This document shows positions 14,801 through 27,371 of a DNA stretch of 64,000 bases, in pieces. The number at the start of each line of letters is the position of its first letter. Within the stretch, counting starts at the first letter, position 1. Below the pieces are notes generated by a model, which saw only the letters and a program-made list of their open reading frames with translations, searched no databases and was not told where the DNA came from. A program made the position numbers and the translations under genes. Source of the DNA: Bugula neritina (Eukaryota; Animalia; Bryozoa); NCBI GenBank assembly GCA_964035545.1, contig OZ037766.1, forward strand, positions 3,462,722-3,526,721. The letters run 5' to 3'.

Positions 14801-15890
14801 TACAAATAATTATCGACCAATGAACCTATAACATCTTTAAACCAAAAGATCTACAGTATACACAGTTTATATAGGCACTGTGTATACATGCAGCAGGGCG
14901 ATTAGCATGACTCTTTTTAATTGCTCTGGGGAATCTAAATTCTTACTGCATGAGAGGTCAAAGGGACTCCGAAGATTGTAACAAGAAATATGACAACCAT
15001 ACATTAGAGCAGCGTGTCTAGTGATGTTGCTCATGATACAACTATTGGAGGATCATTGATTTGTCTTGTAACAAACTAATATTTTTTTACTAATAGTTAT
15101 TCTATAGTAAAAATGCCTGCCTTGCAAAGTTACAGAGTTTTTCTTTGCTTTGTTGAATAAATGTTATAGTTAGACTCAATAAACATATTTTTCTACCAAT
15201 TTTGTCAGCAATGAAAACACTTCAGCTGTCTATTGTCTGATCATTTAGATAAATATGCTAGCAGAAGTAGAAAAAATCAAACTGAGTTTATAAAAACATA
15301 ATAAGCTACTTATATACATATGTATATGACTGCTAACAATAATAGCTGCATACCTAACAGATTTCAAAAACATTTACTATAATACACAAGGTATAGCCCT
15401 TAATTTGCATTGCATTTAGCTTAATTATTGAATTTAGGTTAAAGAAAGCAAATTGAAGAAAACTAAACTAAGATTATAGTACGGTACTCAAATAATTGTA
15501 ATAAATGTCAATGGCTTAATAATAATGACGAACTACCAGGTTATTGCAGGTGGGGCAGCTACTTTAAGAACCACAGGCCAGTTTACCCCAATTCAGTAGA
15601 CAGGCGGTATAAAGAATTAGCCTAGAACCTTGGTTAATAAAGGGTTTTATTGGACATCATATTAACAAACATGAACAACTAGTGTTCCTAATAAATAAAG
15701 TTTCAAAACTTGATTTACTTTTTCAAGAAATCGCTTTACCTTTAGCAATTGCCACTTGCCACCATTCCCTTCCGGACAATTTGCTGACTTCTTGTCGCGA
15801 TGGAAACGCTGAGGAAAGACAACTGCTTGGGGTTCCAAGACTATGGTTTGAGGACAGAATGCTCAGTGAACGAGTCATAGCATTGAACAT
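8838..15890 (-). CDS. Uncharacterised ~226-aa helical/coiled-coil protein with a twice-repeated Y..SK.Y....RY...K.MIK motif
   Basis: Exons 15890-15740 (ATG..GREWWQVAIAK), 10912-10766, 9547-9374, 9046-8838, all joined by phase-1 GT-AG junctions into 681 nt of open frame. The first exon is least certain (alternative ATG at 10958). Confidence 0.7.
9121..9133. promoter_or_regulatory. Candidate RFX X-box (GTTTCCTAGCAAC)
   Basis: Matches the 13-bp X-box consensus; lies in the last intron of the uncharacterised gene. Confidence 0.4.
9551..9945. repeat. (ATATG/ATATC)-rich degenerate simple repeat
   Basis: Low-complexity AT repeat abutting the - strand acceptor at 9548-9549. Confidence 0.9.
13718..13731. 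promoter_or_regulatory. Candidate RFX X-box (palindrome GTTACTATAGTAAC)
   Basis: Perfect 14-bp palindrome fitting the X-box consensus; intronic. Confidence 0.4.
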
Positions 15891-17441
15891 TATGTTGAGT
15901 GACTTACTTTTGGTTCTACACTAACTTACTCCTCGCTCTACACTGCAAACCCCCTCTTCAGCTCTGAATTTGAACAGCAGTGCAACAATTGACTTTGGAG
16001 ATTTTGCTTTTACAGACAATCTAATCACAATTTTATTTAATAAACTCACTCCAAGGGTGTTGAAAGATGAATATTGATTGTGTTAGCGAGGATAGCTTGA
16101 TGCTGTCAATGCTAGAGTTTCTTCCTTTTAATCACAACGAGCTCTAAATGATTAGCGTATGCACCTTGTGAATAACTCTCGCATAATTACGTTAATTAAA
16201 TATTTTGCAAGATGAAACCCGAAGGCGCAATGGCATCAGAAAATCGAGGTCAAGTTTTGCTGCGTGCTCTGGGAGCCCATGAGTCTTTAGTGACTTACAT
16301 CACACATCTTTAGAGCTTCTTCACCATCCTAAAGGCTAAATTAGGTAATTTTTTGACAAAGTATTTTTTTATAAAAATAGAAGAAATTGAAGATTTGTAT
16401 ATAAGCAACATGAAACAAGTTTAGTGAGCTTAGCTAAAGAATTGAAAGAGCACGAACAGCAAGCACTGCTGAAGAGTAAAACTTTGTCGATGTCAAAGGT
16501 CATTTTTATATTATGATCATATGGCATGCTGATTGCGTTATAATACTGCATATACATTCTATGATAAACATATAGTATTACATAATAATACTGATCCTCC
16601 TCACTAATCTATTGAATGATATCCTTACCTAAAATATTGATAAATTTATAAGAAAAGCTGCAAAGCAGCATCATTTTACTAATTAACTAAGAGCATTGTA
16701 AACTCATTTTCATTAGATAATAAATATTATCATCAAATGTATTGTTCAGGACTGCTACAACTAAGTGCCTTGTTTTTAATTAATAAGGTCAGGATTGAAT
16801 AGAAAGTGGTTTAATTTCACTTTGTATATTGGTTTTTAATCAGTGTGAAGAATAGACCCTAAATTGTGATCTGGCTGTTATGTAATGCATATCATGTTAG
16901 ATGTATGAGATTATTAAAGCTTGGTCAAGCTACATGGCTTGTTAGTTGCTTATGACCATATTTTAATCATATATAATTTAAATCAGAAACCTTAAAACTT
17001 TCTAGCTTAATTTTAATCCTAAAAGCTGTGGTAGAAAAATTTAGGAAAAAAATAAAGAAAAAAAATCTCTCTGGTAGAAAACTGTGCAAATGTTAAAGTA
17101 CAACAACTCCTGATAAGTTCTTTAGATGTTTTCAAAGATTGACAGCTAATTTTGCAGTATTCAAGTATTACATCAAAGCTATGGTTTAGGAAGCTGTTAT
17201 GAAACTACAGCTAATTGGTTGTGGCATAATATGTTAATCACTAAATGTCCAATTATGAGAAATATCAACTACTACTCTAGTACTATAATTTTTATATAGA
17301 GAAATAAAATATATAGATATTATTTTAATTTTTTCCAATGATACTTCTTGGCATAGATAAAATACATATTTAGTAATTATTCACTAATTTCTAGCAAGAA
17401 TTGTGAAAATGACTTTTGTACCATTAATAATAATATATATG

Positions 17442-17444
<3 letters not shown>

Positions 17445-17523
<79 letters not shown>
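17445..17523. repeat. (TA)n microsatellite
   Basis: Pure dinucleotide run. Confidence 0.98.
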
Positions 17524-17524
<1 letters not shown>

Positions 17525-20500
17525 TATGCTATATAATATTCATAACCATGCATGCATAAAGAATTATTTTGGCTTTTCTCAGCACACAAAAACATTTGCA
17601 CTAAACATTTTTAGGAAAACTGTCTCATTTCTAACTGCACAAAACTTTGAAGTTGTTGAATCACCTAGTAGCTGCCAGTATCACGCAAAAAGCAATTGCA
17701 TTCACGAAAACATGCATAATGAATTTATGAAACAATGCATAAAATATAAATAATTCCTCTGTTTAAAATAATACATTAATTTATTTTTCTGTATTTCTAT
17801 TTTGCCAGCTTTAGAAATTATATACAACTAAGTGATAGTTTTACTAACTTTTCTCAGGGCTGTAAAAAGCTCCATTTCCATTAATCCCAACTAGATTAAA
17901 CTTTTGGCGGAGAGTGGAAGTCAAACTTTGAGCTTCAGAAGAGAGCATTGTCGTCCGGCATCGGCAGCAGCTAACTCAATGTTTCGTCTGAATTTACAAT
18001 TAACAGATCAATAAATAATAATGAATTCATTAGGTGATTGAAATGTCAACACCTGTGCATCAATAGGCTATGCAATCAACTGTCATCCTTGTTATTCAAT
18101 GTTTTAGAGATTAAAAATTACAACATAACTTTAAACAACAATGAGATTTCAGATTTCTAACTTATATATAATAGCTTAAATATATATTTGTATAAAAGTA
18201 TTGATTCATGCTTTAGTTTCAGCCTTTTTGTATATTCAACAAATTCGATTGCACCTGAAACGATTTACATGGAAAGATTGCCTTAGTCATAATATATAAC
18301 TGAATTATTTCAAAATGTCTTTGGCTTTTTTTTAACTTCTGACATAAAATTTTAGTAACTCAGGGAGATTGAAATATTTTGAATTAAAAATTGAATTTCT
18401 TTTAGAGAAAAGCTGAATTGAAAGTAATAAAGATAATTACATAACTATTTTAATCGTTATTATTCTACTGATGTCTAGCCTTTGATAAAATATTATATAC
18501 ATATACATAAGCATGTTTACAGTAAAGTAATAATAATTTACAATAATATTGTTACCATTTGTCTGTGACACCACTACGGTCTTAAAACTAAAGCACAGTT
18601 TAAAATTTAGACTCTGTTTATTAGCTAACAAGCAAGTCTACTTTACAAATTTCGACATATTCTGCAATGCTGTTCTGAAAGTATTTAAAATCAAATTTAT
18701 TTTATGTACTAATGAATATGTATACAGGCATTGCTTCTGCTCCATATTAAGATAAATTTCTCCTACATATATGTAGCTACTTACGGGTTTATAAATATGT
18801 GAGAACACAATTGATGCATTTACTCAGAATGCCGTTTAGTGAACTAGCAAAATGCATTCACATTCATATTGAAACAATATTTGGACTAGGTTCATATGGA
18901 ATGCACAACTAAATTGGAATTAATCAAGTCCATCCCTGAATACATTATTACTGAGTAATTTTTTTGAAATTCAGTTTTTATCCCAAATTAATTGACTGAG
19001 TCGAGCTAGTAAACTTTCAAACTGAACTATTTTATAAAACTCAGTGAAAAATACAATTAATCACTGCTTTCATTTTGACTAGAAAGGTCTTTGTGTAGCA
19101 GGTAACTTTTGCAGCGGATTTTTAAACATGAATTTCTTCTTCATGCTCTAAGACCTGTACAATAAAATAATGACTTACACTGACCAACTATAGGCAGCCG
19201 CTGCATTAATACAACACAAACAATCCCTACTTTGCATGATATTACTTACATGAACGAGATGTCACAGTAGATTTACATTTGTTTACACACAGTCTGAAAG
19301 TTCAATATCCAGGAGTAAACAATATGCTCTCAGTAGTATTCAATAGAATAACTTTAGCATATAATCTTACAATCATAATGTATAAGCTACTGCAGTTATA
19401 GATAAAATGTAGCATGCTACTGCTATTACTATTCGTTTATATTTTCTATCTAGAGCCTAAATTTGCCCAAATATTGATTGACTAGAATTATGGGATTATA
19501 AAGTAACTTATTAAGAAATTAGCATATATAAACTATAAGCAATAAGCGTAGGAGCAAATGAGAATTATCATACTAATGCATGTACAGTGCTTATATATAA
19601 TTGCATGTAGGGATGGACTGATAACAGTTATAGCATATTCTTTTAAGTAGCAGTAAATAAAAAAACCAGTAAGCCTATTGGAATCTTTCCATCCCTAAAT
19701 GTAAGTAATCAATACAACACCTCACCTTGTATCGCAAGCTTTTACAGTTATATACAGCTTATCTGCATAATGTGGTTGGTTTGTAGAATGTGGTGCATAT
19801 GGACAGCCAGGTGTAAAACTGCAGCCTTTTCAATTACAGAAATTTGTAGCTTGGGAAGTTATATAACTACAGAAATAAATGAAGCAATCATATTTCTTTA
19901 AATCAAACATTTATATTTCAGCTATAAGCAAAAAATCACAACTTATATACATGCAGATTGTACACATCTAATCAGATTTATGAGCATGTCCAAAGAATTA
20001 TCTCAATTGTTTTTTGAAGCCTCTACGATTTTTAAATTATTTAATTTTGATTTAATATATACCAATCCTACGCTATCTTTAAACAATTGCTACAAACTAA
20101 GCTAATAACTAAAAAAGAATTTTAAATTGTACTGTTTTGATCAATACAGCTTATCCATGAACTATTATACTAATAAAATGCGTGTACAGTTTGAGAAATA
20201 TACCACATTGATTTAATCAAGCTTATGCGTTACTGGGTAGCTAAAACACTTATAGAAGCAACATATTATTGATAGTAGTACAGCATGGATTGTAAACCAA
20301 GAGGGGATTCCTTTCACCTATATGTACAGCCCTAAAACCTTCCCATATAGTTGCCAGACAAGTTAACACCAGTGATTATATTTAGTGTGCTGATATTATA
20401 ATTATATTATGATCCAATACACTGTCTCATTATATGATAATAGGTCTACTGAATTTTCTCCATATAGGCTTACATGCCTGTCTATAACTTTTGAAACATA

Positions 20501-21650
20501 AATAAGCATAGATTTTGAGAAAACAGAAAAACAAAACTATATAGCAGTGAATATTCATTTGCTAGTCAAGCAATCAAATTACTCAACAATATTATTTTGA
20601 GTCGGAAAGATCAAACATAAACTTAAAGCAATCAAAACCTAAACTTGCCAGATTATTTGTTAGATAAAATTATCATAGCTTTATATAAAAGTCAATAATA
20701 TAGTGAGAAAGTAAACTTTAATGTTTTCATGATTCATTAGATAAACAATAATATAGAAGTTTGTAAGCAGAAAGAGTATGAGTTACTTGTTTAAATTGAG
20801 TATTTTAGATAGTAGCACTCTAAGCTTTCACCTTATATCCTGGCAATGAATATAAACTATATTATTCTTTTACAGCTGTAACTAACCTAAATTTCTGCTT
20901 TATTAAGCACTGAAGTTGTAATTACGCTGAGGTGAAATAAGGAATAAATAATATAAATCTGTCCTACCTCAAAAGCTTACGCGAAGTAATAGTTGGAGTA
21001 GATTTCCTGTCTATATAGCAGAAGATTTTTGTGCAACTACTTCAGCCGTAAGAATTATCCCCTCTTTAGCTTTTTTTTTGAAAGCAACAAAATATCATGT
21101 TGGTGCACATGCTTAACTATTATAACTTCACCTTTTGGCAAAATTAGAGTAATGTATAATGAATAATTAGTAGGAATCCACAATGAAGCAATGAAGGAAT
21201 TATATACGGATAGAGTTAATTACAAGGTTGTTACATAAAAGGAGTATCTGTACAGAGCAATAACTTATATCAACTATGGTTTATTATTTTGCTTATTAGA
21301 ACTAGCTTTTAGGAATTGTCTATATAATATAGCAGCTTTTTATATACTATAGCCAAGAGTTAGGATAAATTATTTTCATGCAATGTTAGTACATAGTTTA
21401 TGAGGTTAAAAGCAAGTGGATTTTATTAGTACATAAAAATATAGCTAGTTTCTGATTGAGTGTAGAGCAAGCTAGTTAATTTCGTTATTCATTTAGTGCA
21501 GGTGCTATTACTAAATAGTAAGGGATGATTATTATTTATCAAAAGAAGCCATGGTAAGTCGTTGAACCTTTTAGTTCAGTTTGATAAACCATGCGTACAT
21601 TTACAGAGTTGTTCTCTCTCTACATGTTACCCAGGTCAAGGTTATATTTT

Positions 21651-21672
21651 GTTGCGTAGCGACGTTGGTAAC
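21651..21672 (+). promoter_or_regulatory. Candidate RFX X-box(es) in DRC3 promoter
   Basis: GTTGCGTAGCGAC followed by GTTGGTAAC ~150 bp upstream of the DRC3 ATG; RFX regulates ciliary genes. Confidence 0.6.
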
Positions 21673-21809
21673 GGAAATCTACTAGTTTGAAGCATCGAAC
21701 TTGTCTGAAGTCTCTGTACAGTGTCAAACTCAATGTTACACACAACATATTATATTGAGTACGAAGCATATTCCTAAAGTTCTTTGCGCCAAAAACTCAA
21801 CGTATCACC

Positions 21810-24800
21810 ATGAGTCGACTGTATGACACGATTGAACCAAGTGTCATCGATGATGAGATGCTCAATATGGCAGTTGAAGAGCAGGGCCCTAAAGAAGAAG
21901 CTGGGAAAATAGCAAAAGCAGAAGGCATTGACTTTGCTGACGTTGCGTCACTCAGACTTGACTATAAAAACATTTTGAAAATTGATAACTTGTGGTGTTT
22001 TAAATCACTAATAAAGCTGCAGCTTGACAACAACATCATCGAACGAATAGAAGGCCTAGACCACCTAACGAATTTGGTTTGGTTGGGTACGTGGATGACA
22101 ATAATTATCAATATGATCATCAGTTTGAGTCTTTCAATGTCAATACATATTCAAAATTGTTTGAAAACTTTTAGTTTTATTAATTACTAAAACGATAAAA
22201 AACATTTTGCATATTTTTCTACTTTTTATTGAAACTTTCATCAATTTTTAATGACTTGCAGACCTATCCTTCAACAACATTGATGTCATTGAGGGTTTGG
22301 AAAAACTTGTTAAGCTAGAAGATTTAACACTTTATAACAACAGAATATCAAGAATTGAGAATATGGATACACTCACTAACCTTCATGTCTTGTCTCTTGG
22401 AAACAATGACCTTGACACTCTAGAAAATGTAAGTCTCAATTCCCATAAAAGCAAGTTGTTGTTTAATCATGCTTTATGAACTGTCACTATAATACTAATT
22501 CTAACTAATAAGAATAACCAATTTTTGTGATAGTTTTCATTTGTCTTTGCATTGCATGCTTATAGATCTTGTATTTGAGACGATTCAGGAACCTTCGAAC
22601 ACTAAACCTAGCTGGTAATCCTTTTTGTGAAAACACTGAGCCTAGCTACAAGTCATACCTGGTTGCTTTTCTTCCACACTTGGAATACTTAGATTACAGA
22701 CTAATAGACGAAGACACGGTAAGTCAGCTTTAGTAAACCATTTTGTAGCCAACTGCAGTCTTCAATTTGATTAGTCTTTTACAGCTTGTGTCAGCTGTTT
22801 TAGCAAATTATATTTTAATGTAGTTCACATTCAATTTATCATTTTATTATTATAAATTGTAGAAAGATGCAGCAGAAAAGAAATTTGATGTGGCGATTGA
22901 AGAGTTACTTCATGATGAACGGGGAGCTGAACGTAAGCAGAAAGAAAAAGAAGACCAAGAAATGCAGCTACATTTACATACAGTAAGCTGAAGTATTTTC
23001 ATATTGCTTTATGAACACATCGATTTAATATCGTTGCTGATTCATAACATGGTCATTAATTGACACGTTTGCTGTAGTTACATAACTGACTTCTATGTTT
23101 TAGGTTTGCATTACTATTTCCAAGTAATTTTTAAAAATTGAAAAGAGATTCTAGATGTTGAACACTTAAAGGTTTTGAAGATTGACACTATGTAGTAACT
23201 CAACTGTAGTTTTTTAAATGAAAGAGTGAGTGAAGAGATCATGAACTTATTCAATTTATACATTCTGCTAGTTAAGGTCAGTTTCCTAATTAACCAAAAA
23301 ACTTATGCTATATCAAAATTGTTTCTAGGCAGCGTTTGTGGAAAGAATGGATGGCTCAGATCTGTTTGAGAGTCTGTATACAGAAGATGTGGAGGGCCAG
23401 AAACTTAACACAATGCCAGGAGTGGATGAGCTGCTTGGAGAATATGGAAAGAAATTCACAGGTGAGACTATTAACTAAGAACATTGATTAATTTTTTCAT
23501 AAAACATTTAATGCAACATTCACTCACTTACAGTTGAGAAACTAGAAAACCAGGAATTTAAATTCACCTTTTTTATTTTCTTGTAAGTTGTTTACAAAAA
23601 ATAGCTTGATAACAATGCATAAAATCTCTAACTAATAACATATAAATATATATTTGAACTGCTAAATTGAATTCAAGCAGTCATGCTTTAACTCATAGTG
23701 TTAAGATTGGATTTTTGCTGATCTGCAACAGTTTATTTTAATTTGAGGTTCACCTTTCAACATCACATGTTACAGAAACCTGCAAGAATATATTTGACGT
23801 TGGTCTGAGCAAACACGAGGAGAGAGCCCACGAAGTTGAGGAGTTCTGGGAAAGTATCAATGAAGCTAAAACTGAGAACAAGAAAGAGGGCATGGATTTC
23901 ATCAACAACTTCTTGGAGTACAAGAAGCAGGTAAGCAATTTGTGAGAAAACTAGAGCAGAATTCGGTTAATTTAGTTTTCCCTGCATTCACCTTGTCATA
24001 AAACATTTTTAGTTGTGCTCATTGCAGCATTGCCAACCTTATGATTTACACTATAGTCATGAAGACAATTATCTTTTGGTTTTGTCAGTTATTCGTGGAA
24101 CTACAAACTGATCAAGATCCACAAGTTATTGAGACGAAAATATCTGCCTTCAACACTCGAGTCACAGAAGTCTGGGACAAACTTATGGGTCTGGAATTGC
24201 AACTAGTAGACCAACTAGAGGTAAGATTATCAAGATTGAGCCCATAGTAAATAGTACTAATCTATATTGAGAGTCAGTTGCATGCAGTTGGACTTCAACT
24301 TTTATCACAACTTCTCACTTATAGAGCTAATTGAAATACATATTATACTTAACTAACTAGTTTGATGGAGTCAAAGTGTGTTTAATTATAGGAAGCAGTA
24401 AAAGAATTTGAGAGAAATCTTTCCGACATGGTGGGAGTTTTCATAGAAAAAGTTCAAGGTCATTTCTCTACATGCCGTGACCTTGAAAACCAGCATCACG
24501 AGAGACTGTTGGAGATATCCATGGTAACTCTAGAAAAGGCAATCAAGAATGAGTTAGACGAGGATGTGTCAGAAGACCTAAGGATGGCGAGTATTAAATA
24601 GAAGCTCATCTCTCCTTCCTGTTATTCTCTTTGAAGCTGAAAGTTTGAGTAGTGATATAATAGTATGAATGGCATGGCTTTCTGTAAACACCACATCAAA
24701 AACTCCAGTTATTTTATTATGTTTGATTCATGTTAGAAGTGACCTAATTTAATGGTAGATTTTCTGCTTTTACAGCTCATGGTGGACAAAGACACGGTGA

Positions 24801-25018
24801 TAAATGCTGTCACGTCTTCACATGACATCCATTTGCTTAAGATTGACAACAGGGAAGATGACATCATCACACGGATCAACACCTGGATGAAAGGATTAAT
24901 CGACAGCGTGCACGACGAAGAGGAAGTGCAGCGGAATAGAGCTCGAGTGGCCGAGATCACCAACTTCATAGATCACTTGAGAGATGAAGTTGATAACCTT
25001 GACCTTCAGCAGTACTAG
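21810..25018 (+). CDS. DRC3: Dynein regulatory complex subunit 3 (LRRC48), 9 exons, 524 aa
   Basis: Exons 21810-22086, 22262-22428, 22566-22718, 22863-22982, 23329-23461, 23776-23930, 24089-24220, 24392-24586, 24776-25018. N-terminus [30 protein letters not shown], LRRs ([15 protein letters not shown]), C-terminal [25 protein letters not shown] and RNRARV.EI, as recalled for DRC3. Confidence 0.95.
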
Positions 25019-25142
25019 TAATCAAGTGACAACCACAGTTTAACCTTGACCTTCAGCAGTACTAGTAATCAAGTGGCAACCACAGTTTAACCTTGACCTT
25101 CAGCAGTACTAGTAATCAAGTGACAACCACAGTTTAACCTTG
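24994..25142 (+). repeat. 47-bp tandem triplication spanning the DRC3 stop codon
   Basis: TAACCTTGACCTTCAGCAGTACTAGTAATCAAGTGACAACCACAGTT starting at 24994, 25041, 25088 (one mismatch). Confidence 0.95.
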
Positions 25143-25660
25143 GCTTTAACCGCAATTGTTGGAGGACTAACTAGATACATTGATCTGGTTTGAATGGTCA
25201 TAGAATATGTGCTTGTATATTTGCATTTACTTAAGATTTACTATAATGGTGATATGTATTAGAATATTTCAACAAATAATGTAAATAAATGTTTTTTAAG
25301 TTTGATCTAATAAATTATGTAAACTGAATTCTACTTGAATAGTATACAAAAATACAGTAAGTTTCATCTCTACACATAGAACACGAGCAATAAATAAAAA
25401 ATATTTAAATAAAGTGAGCTAAACTTTGATGTAAATATAGCTTTGACTTGTGACCAAAATGAAAAAAATATAGTTTATAGACCTGACAGATAAATAAAGC
25501 AGTTGGCAGAGCAGCATAGCTTTGTGGCAATAATCCATCTTTGCCTAACTATCCAATACACGACAGAGACAGTTTGATGTTTCAAGTGATATGAATTGTG
25601 GGGTCTCAAAACACTGCAACAAAACTAGCGAAAGTGTTTGGTTTTCATGCAGAACCATAG

Positions 25661-26979
25661 TTACCGGAACTCGTACACACCAATACTCTTTTCCGGGACA
25701 TGCTTCAAGGACAGAGTTTGATACATTTCTGAACTGCGGTGGTAATAGAAACCGTTTATAGTAGCTGTTGATTTTTGGAAACAGATGTAGTAGAATCCAG
25801 CAAATGAAGCACCGTGTATGTCTCGGACTTTGTGGTCTGGAACCAGAAAATGTTCCTAGAAGTAGACAAGGTCAGCTTTCGAGCAGCAAATGAAATGAAT
25901 ATTAAACATTTTTAAAAGACACAAAGAAGCATTCAAGAGTGAATGTTGACAACTTAAATACAAAAATGATAAAAAAAAAACATAATAAACCTACCTTCCA
26001 TCTCATGAAAATAAAATCTGTGTTTTCTAGCTGCTCATAATCAAAGTCATCTGCATTAAATGTCTTTGCAAAAGGATAAAAGGAAATGAACTTATTCTAC
26101 AAACATAGATAAGCATCATCAGTGTTGAAAAAGTCTCATCAGCTGGTGTAAGGAAACTGCTAAGACAATATGGTGGTTGGAACAATGACGTAACGCAGGA
26201 GAACTTACCCAATGTTTCTTATCTACTTCTTCATCTGCTTCCCATTTCCTAGTTAAAAATGGATATTTCCGACTTATTATCTCCCCTTCAAAAAATGTGG
26301 TCATATTCGGAAACTCTTCAGTCAAACCATTAATTTTCAAATAGCCACATAAATAGGAATTTTCTCTATCAACATTCTACAAAAAACAATAAGCAGTTAA
26401 AACTAAGATATTTGCAGCTAAAGCATGTTTTACTGTGCATGCATAGTATATTCCAAAAAGAAATAACAAGCCACTTAGAACTGCAGAAGTTGATAATGAT
26501 ATGATTGTTTCAACCTGAAAGGTTTTTTATATCAATTTCAAAATTTTAAGCCATCAATGCTGCAGTGGTTTATTTTTAAGTTATAGCTATACTAAATTAT
26601 TATAATTATAACAAAAAGAGACATTGAACAACCAACTTGTCTTTGCTACATATGCATGACAGTATGTGCCTTTCAATCACTGTGACTGTGACAGTTACCA
26701 ATACTTATAGAGTTATACTAATAGTAATTCTAATTGTAATTTTATACTTGTAAATAATAAATATTAAATTATTATTATATTTATAGTTATACCAATAGAA
26801 TAGAGACATTCAAAATATCGAAAACAAATTACCTGCAAAACTACTTCCACATCATATCTATGTCCTTTACTTTTTTGATGACCGTGAAAACGTGAACCGT
26901 TATATAACAGTGAAGTGGCTATACCCTGCAGTTGAGAATTGGCTGGAAGAGGTGGGTGAATATCTACGCGTGAAGGCAT
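25661..26979 (-). CDS. GID4: GID/CTLH complex substrate receptor GID4 (Vid24 homologue), 4 exons, 203 aa
   Basis: Exons 26979-26833, 26376-26209, 26096-25995, 25855-25661; motifs [79 protein letters not shown]. Confidence 0.96.
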
Positions 26980-27371
26980 AATGGTAATGGCACTAGTTTG
27001 TTCCGATTAAAAATAGGAAACACTAACAGTTTTATGATATGGATGTCAGTAATTTTGCTTTGTACCACAAGAGAAATAATAAAAGGAAATTAAAATGTAT
27101 TTCAAGTTAAACGCCCTTGAACTCCGAAGTAGTGGTAGGACTTATTGATGAGGGGTCAGAAACGGATTAAGAGAAACTCAAGTTACACGTACCGCATTGT
27201 TTTGAATAGATTTATAAAACATATAAATATAATAATTATTTTAAATTTAAATTTTTTTAATTTACAATTTTGACTATCAAAATTTATTTTGCATGCACTT
27301 TGCAAAAATTATAACGTAAGTGCTGCTGATGCCGATAGAATAAGTAGCATTAGGTAATCCGGTCTCCAAAA
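26980..27371. promoter_or_regulatory. Probable bidirectional promoter GID4/NDUFAB1
   Basis: Divergent ATGs ~390 bp apart; YY1-like AAAATGGC over the NDUFAB1 start codon. Confidence 0.65.

Noticed and set aside
17403-17753. ORF with (IY)n tract; similar ORFs at 37817-38296
   Set aside because: (TA)n microsatellite artefacts.
26027-26212. Apparent frameshift in GID4 from the ORF track
   Set aside because: Resolved by an intron; exon 26096-25995 is in frame.
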